Part shown: piece by piece, positions 17,182 through 25,700 of the stretch
Position numbering within the stretch: position 1 is the first letter of the stretch
Layout of the letters: each line of letters starts with the position of its first letter
NCBI GenBank assembly: GCA_947442505.1
Contig: CANEVR010000001.1
Location: forward strand, 30,305 to 94,304
Source: Flavobacteriales bacterium
Lineage (GTDB): Bacteria; Bacteroidota; Bacteroidia; Flavobacteriales_D; Sanyastnellaceae
Length of the DNA stretch: 64,000 nucleotides
Direction of reading: 5' to 3'
Made by a program: the position numbers and the translations under genes
Notes under the pieces: model-generated
The model's input: only the letters and a program-made list of their open reading frames with translations
What the model was told of the DNA's origin: nothing
The model's database searches: none

Positions 17182-20100
17182 ATGAGTTTCAAATGCACCA
17201 ACATTGAATGTACTGCACCGGAGAATAAAAAGGGCAGAGAATACCCTTCGGCCATGGAATGTCCATTTTGTGATGTTCCTTTGGTTGAATTTTCAAGTTT
17301 TAATGAGGTTGATTTACAACTTATCAATACACTCCCCTACATCATCGCCTATCCCCTTAAAAGAACGCTGGAAGAAAAACATCCCTGGACGAAAATCAAT
17401 TTGTTCAAGGATACGTTTTTGAATTACCTAAAATATCTGGGATTGCTGACTGCATCCGAATTCTTCAACAGCCCCTTCAAAGACAAACGCATGGTGGCCT
17501 TGTTTCAGCAATCATTGTCAGAGCCTTCCTTTGGAACATGGAACCAATACATTAGAGAAACTTTGGCATTCTTGAAAGAAAAAGAACACTCCTTCTTTAT
17601 TCCTGAATTGGCGGAGCACTATGAAAAAGTGGAGACAGGTAAGAAAAGAAAATTGTACAAAGGCGAAATTGAATTTATCGATGGCAATGGAGATGTCCAA
17701 ATCAAAAAACAAGAAGCTACCGCAATTGGAATGCTTATCAATTTCAGAAACCGTTATTTGGGACATGGATTGACTTTGGACGCAGACACGGCTGAAAAAC
17801 TGTGGGCAGAATATTCTCCTATGTTTTTTGAAATTCTCAGAGAGCTGAAGTTCACGCTAGATTATAAGATGTACAAGTATGAAAATGATGAGACGTTTCT
17901 CTTGCAATCTGCCCAAATCGTTCAAAAAGAAAACAACAGAAAAAGCAATCAAGTTTGGTTGGAAAGTCCTACGGGTGAGGTGATGGATATACTTCCCTTT
18001 TACGTCGTTCCGGGAGAGTTAACGATCCGAAAAGAAGATAAGGAGCAAATATTGGCTTATGAATCCTACACAGGGAAGTCCATCAAGTTCTTTAGTCCGG
18101 AAGGTACTGAGAAGCAAACCTCAGGAAGAATTCTCGAAAAACTGAATTTGCTTTTGCGCGACAAGCAGAAAGAAAAAGCCTATTCACCCGAAGAATTTAC
18201 CAAGGAAATTTTTCTTTCCCGAGTTGCCGAGGAGAACAAACTCATTCTCGATACGCTCATTGCAGAGAAGAAAGTCATTCCGGGAGTTTATGTCCACCGT
18301 GAAGACATGGAGATCAAACTCCGCGAATGGATTGGTGCTCGAGCAAACATTTTCGTTATTGCTTCAGAAGCTGGTAGCGGAAAAACCAATTTGTTGGTGG
18401 AAATACAGAAGCAATACGCGGAGCGTGAATTGCCGACATTACTCATTCGAGCCGGCCGAATGGAGAAAACAACCATTCATGCACAGTTGTGCTACCTGTT
18501 GAATATTGATGAACATTGTAATCTAAACCAATACCCTGCCATTGCCGGGACGCAAGAGGCACCCACCTTTGTCCTGATCGATGGACTAAACGAGGCACTC
18601 GAATCGGAAAAACTTTGGACCGAACTATTTGAAATCTCCAAACACTTTGAACCCGGTAGTTTGAAGTTTGTGATTACAAGTCGGGCGAACTCCAAGGTAG
18701 GTTTAAATCGTTATACATTCGATGCGAACGACAAGCATTTTATTTATGGTAAAAATAACCAGCGCGAAAATGACCTAGGCGACTATGCACACTGGCTAAC
18801 AACTCTCAATATGGCAGAAATAAAATCTGCCTGGGAAAACTATTCGCAAAATGAAAGAAACAAATACAAACCCTTATTCTTATTTGATGATCTTGCTGCA
18901 TTTGATCGCGCATTATACAACCAAATTAGTAACCCTTTAATATTGAGACTATTTCTAGAAACCTATCACAATAAATCTCTTCCGAAGAAAGGTAACAAAC
19001 AACTAAATATATGGGCTGACTGGCTTGCAAACTTTTCTGAGGATGAAATTATTTTTTTAAAGTATCTGTCTCAGGCCGTTTGGGATAAAGGAGTAAACGA
19101 ATTATTATTAGATGATTTACTTAGCAAAGCGAATCTTAAGCCATACTTAACCACCGATATTATAAACGCTCCATATCATCGCCTTAAAAACATTGGTTGG
19201 ATAACACGATTTACTAAAGAATTGAATGTTTATTTATCTTTTACAGTTGAAGGGGCACTGCTCTATATTATGGGGGCAATCTTGAAGGAACAACAATTAT
19301 ATACGGATATTGAAATCATTAAAAACACTCTCAAAAAAGGATCGAAAATTCAACAATCTGCTATTGAAGTTTTGTTAAGTCAACTTTCACTATTGAATGA
19401 CCTCAAAATTCCGCGTATTCTTACTGATGCAGGTCAAGAATATCAATACGCTTGTGTCAATCCTTTGATTTTGTATATACGAAATTATGGAGTGAAATCT
19501 TTTGTAGACTTTTTTTTCACTCCGTCAAACGTTAACTACTGGTATTCGGCTCTATTATTATCTAATACATTATCTGATCTAGAGGAAAAATTGTTGAGAA
19601 AGGAGTTTTTAATTCAATTAATGCCTTTAAATACTTTTGTTTCCAGACCCGAAATTGAGATAGGAATTAAAACTTGTGATTTGTTGGATTGGGAGCAAGC
19701 CCATAATTACGTAAGTATTATTGATAAAAATTGCAACTCAAATGATTTATCTACTGTCAAAGTTGAACTTGATTCGTTTTTATTGGTTGAGTTAGGTCAT
19801 CTTGAATTACATTATGGCAACTATGATCAAGCATTAAACTACTACAAAAAATCTCTTGAAATAGATGAAAATAAATTTGGCAAAAATATAGATATAGGTA
19901 CAACCTACTATTTTATTGGAACGGCCTATAGCGCAAAAAGCGAGTATATAAAAGCAATTGAATATTTCGAAAAAGCAATTAATACTTATCGAATTTTTCT
20001 AGACGAAAATCATATTTTCTTTTTTCGAATTTATAATGACCTTGGATTACTATTAGGCTCAATACAACAAAATAATAAGGCTCTATTAACACTCGAAAAA

Positions 20101-21348
20101 TCTCTTCAAATAGCCATTAAAAATCATGGAACACAGCACTCAAGTGTCGCCGCAGCTTATAATAATTTGGGGGTGGTTTGGCACTACATGAGTGAACGTG
20201 AAAAAGTCCTACCTTACTTTGAAAAGTGTCTTGAAATAACTTTAGCTGTATATGGCGAAAATCATCTAATAGCTTCTGATTCATATTTAAATATTGGTCA
20301 TGAATGGAAGTTATTGGGGAACAACGAAAAGGCCCTAAGCTTTTACGAAAAATCCTTAAGAATAAGACTCTTAAAATTAGGTGACAAACACCCTAAAATT
20401 GCAGATACATATTTAAAAATCGGAGATCTATTTAATGTCGATATGCCTATTAGCTCAACAATCGAATATTACGAAAAAGCCCTAAATATTTATTTAGATA
20501 ATTTAGACCCAAACCACGATTCTATTGCAAACCTATATAATAGTATGGGAAATTATTATAGGAAAATAAGTGAATTTGACAAGGCCATAGAATTCTGTGA
20601 AAAGAGCTGTGAAATTTACATAAATACTTTTGGAGACCAGCATCCCTGGGTTTTTTCAATTTACAATAATATAGGGAAAATCTATCGTGATAAAGGTGAT
20701 AAACTCAACGCGTTAGATTTTCTTCTTAAAGGTTTAAATGGCAAATTAACAACTTTAGCTGATAATCATCTTTCTTTAACTCATTCGTATAATTCGATAG
20801 CCATTCTCTATGAAAATCTTGAAGATTATGATAAAGCTTTGGATTATTATGAAAAATGTCTACAAATTGAACTTAATAACTTTGGAGATAACAACATAAA
20901 TGTAGCAAATTCTTATAAAAATATTGGTAATGTGTGGGAAAGTAAGGGCCATTATTCTAAAGCTATAGAATTCTTTCAAAATGCCTTGGATATAGAAATA
21001 AAAGTTTTGAAGGAGGATCATTCAGAAGTAGCGATGTTGTATTTAGCCATTGGAGAATGTTACCAAAATTCAAATGATTTTGATTCAGCAATTCAAGCCT
21101 TTAAAAGTGGATTTAGCTTTTCCAAGACAGGACGATTCCCATATCGTATCGCAGAATGTATGGAAAATCTCAATGAATATGATAGTGCATTTAGATACTT
21201 TTTACAATCAGCAGAAATTAAAATAGAAGATCATGATTTAGGCATTGAAGCTGAGGCAACACAAGAATCGATTAAGGCTTGTATTCGGCTGGCGAAAGAA
21301 TTGGGTAAGGAAAGTGAGTTGCCGGAATGGATAAAGGAGAACTATTAG
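17182..21348 (+). CDS. STAND/NACHT-type NTPase: Zn-ribbon, HEPN-like module, P-loop NTPase, C-terminal TPR array
   Basis: CTNIEC...ECPFC four-Cys ribbon at the N-terminus. HEPN-like module (EPSFGTW ... INFRNRYLGHG, with R189-x5-H195 at nt 17746..17766). Walker A SEAGSGKT at nt 18364..18387 and Walker B-like FVLIDGLNEA. From about aa 860 there are roughly 12 or more TPR units of the kinesin-light-chain type (YYKKSLEI, YFEKAINT, YFEKCLEI, FYEKSLRI, YYEKALNI, YYEKCLQI). Confidence 0.9.
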   Translation: MSFKCTNIECTAPENKKGREYPSAMECPFCDVPLVEFSSFNEVDLQLINTLPYIIAYPLKRTLEEKHPWTKINLFKDTFLNYLKYLGLLTASEFFNSPFKDKRMVALFQQSLSEPSFGTWNQYIRETLAFLKEKEHSFFIPELAEHYEKVETGKKRKLYKGEIEFIDGNGDVQIKKQEATAIGMLINFRNRYLGHGLTLDADTAEKLWAEYSPMFFEILRELKFTLDYKMYKYENDETFLLQSAQIVQKENNRKSNQVWLESPTGEVMDILPFYVVPGELTIRKEDKEQILAYESYTGKSIKFFSPEGTEKQTSGRILEKLNLLLRDKQKEKAYSPEEFTKEIFLSRVAEENKLILDTLIAEKKVIPGVYVHREDMEIKLREWIGARANIFVIASEAGSGKTNLLVEIQKQYAERELPTLLIRAGRMEKTTIHAQLCYLLNIDEHCNLNQYPAIAGTQEAPTFVLIDGLNEALESEKLWTELFEISKHFEPGSLKFVITSRANSKVGLNRYTFDANDKHFIYGKNNQRENDLGDYAHWLTTLNMAEIKSAWENYSQNERNKYKPLFLFDDLAAFDRALYNQISNPLILRLFLETYHNKSLPKKGNKQLNIWADWLANFSEDEIIFLKYLSQAVWDKGVNELLLDDLLSKANLKPYLTTDIINAPYHRLKNIGWITRFTKELNVYLSFTVEGALLYIMGAILKEQQLYTDIEIIKNTLKKGSKIQQSAIEVLLSQLSLLNDLKIPRILTDAGQEYQYACVNPLILYIRNYGVKSFVDFFFTPSNVNYWYSALLLSNTLSDLEEKLLRKEFLIQLMPLNTFVSRPEIEIGIKTCDLLDWEQAHNYVSIIDKNCNSNDLSTVKVELDSFLLVELGHLELHYGNYDQALNYYKKSLEIDENKFGKNIDIGTTYYFIGTAYSAKSEYIKAIEYFEKAINTYRIFLDENHIFFFRIYNDLGLLLGSIQQNNKALLTLEKSLQIAIKNHGTQHSSVAAAYNNLGVVWHYMSEREKVLPYFEKCLEITLAVYGENHLIASDSYLNIGHEWKLLGNNEKALSFYEKSLRIRLLKLGDKHPKIADTYLKIGDLFNVDMPISSTIEYYEKALNIYLDNLDPNHDSIANLYNSMGNYYRKISEFDKAIEFCEKSCEIYINTFGDQHPWVFSIYNNIGKIYRDKGDKLNALDFLLKGLNGKLTTLADNHLSLTHSYNSIAILYENLEDYDKALDYYEKCLQIELNNFGDNNINVANSYKNIGNVWESKGHYSKAIEFFQNALDIEIKVLKEDHSEVAMLYLAIGECYQNSNDFDSAIQAFKSGFSFSKTGRFPYRIAECMENLNEYDSAFRYFLQSAEIKIEDHDLGIEAEATQESIKACIRLAKELGKESELPEWIKENY

Positions 21349-21367
21349 TATAATTGTAAAAAAAATT

Positions 21368-21931
21368 ATGAGAGCAAAAACATACAAAAGCACAAACGGT
21401 TTTACCTCACCGCAATCACTTTCCGATTTTGGAATTGAAGTTTCTAATGGAAAAGAAACAAAATACTTAGGTTTAGAGGAATTTAATTTTTGCTCAATCC
21501 TAAAATCATATTCCTTCAATGGAAAGCATATCGCTTTTATTCCTTGTTTCAGCATCAATAGAGGAGCTGCTATTATTGAAGAATTAGACCTTTTCTTTCA
21601 TGATGGCCAAGGTGTTACCTTACACTACGCTACTCTTCACGGAGTTACTCAAATTCAAGCTCCGGAAATCCCAGCGATACGTAAAGATTTAATTGCTGTG
21701 GGTCTTCCAGAATTCGTTCATAACTCTATTGAATTTCAACATAATTACGGCCCATTGTTCAATCCTGCGATTAAAATTTGGAAAAAGTGTTTTGACACCA
21801 ATATTATCACTGCCAAAAGAACCGATGATAGGTTTGTTGTCAATACCTTTTATGAGAAAGTGGTTTTACATAATCCAAAAAGAAAAGTTAATTGGACTAA
21901 CTTAAAACGTGCAAGACAACTTCATCCATGA
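21368..21931 (+). CDS. hypothetical protein, 187 aa, downstream partner of the STAND-TPR gene
   Basis: The ORF starts 19 nt after the STAND-TPR stop on the same strand. No recognised motif. Confidence 0.6.
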   Translation: MRAKTYKSTNGFTSPQSLSDFGIEVSNGKETKYLGLEEFNFCSILKSYSFNGKHIAFIPCFSINRGAAIIEELDLFFHDGQGVTLHYATLHGVTQIQAPEIPAIRKDLIAVGLPEFVHNSIEFQHNYGPLFNPAIKIWKKCFDTNIITAKRTDDRFVVNTFYEKVVLHNPKRKVNWTNLKRARQLHP

Positions 21932-21960
21932 ATTCATAGTCCTAGTAACATTAGAGTTCT

Positions 21961-22695
21961 TTATGCATCAGCATTTACGATAAAACCCAAATTCTTTTCT
22001 TGAAGTAAATCATTCAGGTTTTCTATTTTAAAATGAACAACCTGGCTCCAATTTAATATGTTTCGATCCGTGCGTCTAGCCAAAGCTTCATTAAAAGGAA
22101 TTTTATACAATTCTAGTAATTTGTAGTTTGGATCAAAAACCACAATTACAATATAGTTTATTATTGCGTCTGTTGAGTATTCAATTGGTGTCCATCTCGC
22201 ATTTGTCGTTAAAGATTTTGCATGTGATTTTACTTGAAACTTAATACCATCAGCATTTTCTAAATCCCAAAATTGATTGATTCCGTTTGCAGATATATTA
22301 GCATCAAATATTACACTTGCTACCCACTCGCCCAATTGACCTGTAATATCCTTTTGGTTTCTCAATATTCCAACTTCTTTCAATGCATTATAAGACTCAA
22401 TAAAAGATGTGAATAATACAGACATCATTTCAAAACTTCTATTTGAAAAGTTTACGTTTTGATTACTGTCAATTCGTTGAACAACATCCTCTTCAGCTCC
22501 ATTATAGGCCTCCGGTGAAAACAAAAGAATTTCATTACCCACAACTTCCGATTTCCATCCATCTGCAAGCAGCGAAAAATACAAAGCATGGGTTATTTTG
22601 TTTGTGGGTCCGACGTTTAACCTCCACCACTTTTTCAAACCAATTTTAACGGCATTACCTTCTTTTATTGTTATTACAAAAAATTTCTTAATCAT
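21961..22695 (-). CDS. hypothetical protein, 244 aa, downstream partner of the 1815-aa STAND gene; possible PD-(D/E)xK-like nuclease core
   Basis: Starts 11 nt after the stop of the 1815-aa gene. The C-terminal half (GQLGEWVASVIFDANISANGINQFWDLENADGIKFQVKSH) resembles small restriction-endonuclease-fold proteins (E ... D ... xVK). This is a weak, motif-level call. Confidence 0.6.
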   Translation of the reverse strand: MIKKFFVITIKEGNAVKIGLKKWWRLNVGPTNKITHALYFSLLADGWKSEVVGNEILLFSPEAYNGAEEDVVQRIDSNQNVNFSNRSFEMMSVLFTSFIESYNALKEVGILRNQKDITGQLGEWVASVIFDANISANGINQFWDLENADGIKFQVKSHAKSLTTNARWTPIEYSTDAIINYIVIVVFDPNYKLLELYKIPFNEALARRTDRNILNWSQVVHFKIENLNDLLQEKNLGFIVNADA

Positions 22696-22706
22696 AATTT
22701 CTATTC

Positions 22707-25700
22707 TTAATTCAAGTCTTTAATTCTAATTTCAAACTCCTCCTCCGTAATCTTCCCCTTAGCCACCTGCTTAGCCCAGAGTTCAATTTGCTCCCGGTCG
22801 TCTTCATCGGCGATTTCGTGAAGCCATTCGATGAGGTTGGTGGAGGATTGAACTATATTATTTTTTGATATTAAATAAGTGCATGCCAAGTCCAAAGCCC
22901 ACTGAATTTCTAGTGTACGATTAAGTCGTTCTAAATTCGGGTTATTCTCCTCAATTAAAATAGCATGAGCTGCATACTTATGAAGGAGAATTTCTATACT
23001 ATCTGAATCATGGGCCAACATGCGAAGAGCGATTTGTAAACAATCTTTATCTGCTTCATTTTCTTTCAAGGCCATAGTCCAGCCCTTCAGATAATGCAAA
23101 CGAACGTCGCTATTGTTAAATACATTGGCCGTGAGTAAAGAGGATAGAAAGCCTTGTCTTTCATAAACAGATTCGGCAACTGCATACAGACATCTATGTT
23201 GCTGCAATGTATCTTCAATCTCTAGAGTGACAATCTCTAAATCAATCCATTTTTCATCTTGAGACATAGTCTTCAGCAAAAATTGTATCGCCTCTATCTT
23301 ATCATTAGATCGTTTATCAATGAATTTAACTACCATAACACCATACTCATAATTACCCAATTGTAAATACAACTTCGATATTTGCTTGTACTCAAAATCT
23401 CTTGCCGTATCCCTAGGAATCAATTCCATCCAAACAACATGTGATGCCTTTTCTTCTAGTTCAATAGCAAAGTTAAAATTGTAATCTTCCTTAGCTTTGA
23501 CTGCCAACTTCAAATAAATAATTGAAAGACTATAATCATCTTTGACTTGTTCTATTAATTTGATTTGAAACTCTGTCAAACAATTGGCATCTTTATTATA
23601 TGTCTCTACTATAAACTCACTTAAGAAAAAGAACTTATCTTCATCATCCAATTCCGAAATTGTTTTAAAAAACAATTCAATATCACCTTGGCGATATATT
23701 TCTTTTGCGATGTCTCCTTTGTAAATATCTATATTACCAAATTCAATACAATCAATCAACTTCAACGCATCTTTGAAATGACCTTGAAACGCCATTTCCC
23801 TACTTAAAGTTTGAAACACATAAAATCTTGCTTCTTTATTTTCAATTTGATTCGCCATCTCCTGTGCACGAATCAAGCAATCATTAGCTTCAAAAAAGCA
23901 ATTTAATTCATAATAAATAGTGGAAATCTTAGATAAGAAAATGGAAATTATCTCATTAGAATCCGTGAGAATAATATCAGCAATAGCACGCTCCACTAAC
24001 GCTATTTGCTTCGAACTGCGCAATACATGAAGAACTAATTCAATTTCTTCCCTCTTATAATCCTTTAGATCACAATAAAATGAAAAAATATAATTAAATG
24101 TAATTTCGTAGTCTTCATTTTTTATACAATCCTCAATATTTTTTTTCAATTCGTTCAACATTTTTTTATCATTGCTATGAGCATGTATAAAATCAAAAGC
24201 CTCTTGCCTTCGTCCTGAAAGAAATAATCGTCTAAATAGAACACTTTTCCCTTTGGATACATATTCACCTGATTCGAATTCAAATCTAGATTCAAGAAGA
24301 AGAAACACTAGATTATTGGATGCTACATTCTCTCCACACTGAATAAAGATTATTGCCAAATCCCCCAATATTGATTTACATTCTCTTGATAATAGAAATT
24401 GTTTTCCGCACTTTTCAATCAAATCCAAAATGAATTTTGCAGCATAAATTACCCGAGATTTTTTGATCAGCAGAATTGCACTTTGAATCGCCAAATCTAT
24501 CCTTTGTGGGTATGAACTAATTGATTCAATAGAAGTTAATGCTTCATTTAAAAACAAATCAGAATAGTATTTCATCTCTTGCCTCAACAGTTCTTTTGAA
24601 ATTTTATTTAGCAAAACAACCCTTTCTCCATTCTCGAGTTTCTGGATTAATTTCAAAGCATTATCAAAGTCCCCTTTTTCAGCTAAGTCGAATATTGCCA
24701 TTTCTAAGAATACCAAAAGGCCATCGGATATCTCTATTTCGTCAAATAATTCTATAGCCCTATGAACAGCCTCATTTTTTATAAAAGCAATTGCAATAAA
24801 ACACTGTATTCTTCTTCTAAAATAACCCTTTACAGCAACCGTACGTTTCAGCTTTTCTCCCGGTAAAAAGTAATCATCGATTTGAGCTGCCAGCGGTATA
24901 ACTATTTCTAAAATTTCAATAGCCTTTGAATGAAATTTAACTTGACTAAGATTCTTAGCTAATTCCAATAAAATATTACAACGGTAAAAGATGATTTCCT
25001 CTAATTCAACGCATAATAAAACTTCATTTATTAGTTCATCACACCAAATAGCGTCCAAGCCTATGATAAACGAAATTGCATTCGATCTATAATATGGCAT
25101 TGTAACTAATCTTGCGTATCCAATAGCCTCTAAATAAATTGACCTATTATCTATAAAAATACTTTTAGCCTGAGAAAAAACAACCATTTCAGCCAAAGTC
25201 TTGCTCTTCCAAAAATTGGTATTTATAGATCTAGCTATTGAAAATGCAAAATCAACTTCCCCTAATTTTAAAAAGGCTAACGCCAACTCTTTCTGCGATT
25301 CGCCTCTATAGCCATTGTCTTGTAAATCATTTGATAATTTATTTATTTCATCCAATACAGAAAAGGCATCTTCTTTGCAGAATTCATTAATTCTTTTACA
25401 AATCGCTATTATTGCGGCACTCTTCGAACCTTCATTTAGTATCTTGCTCATGCACTCCAATGCACGAGACCAATCACCAATGTCAAAAAAATGAATAACT
25501 ATCTTAGTCAATTCATCGTGTAAATAACTGTCAGTAAAGGAATAGTGACCAAAACTTAATATTAATTGAACACAGTCATTTAACTGGGCAATTGCCTGAC
25601 TTTTTAAATTCAATTTTTTTAAGTGATTTATTAAAAATTCTCTTTGATAAAAGTTGTAATTCTCAGATTGTGATTCAATTACAAATTTGTAAACTTCAAG

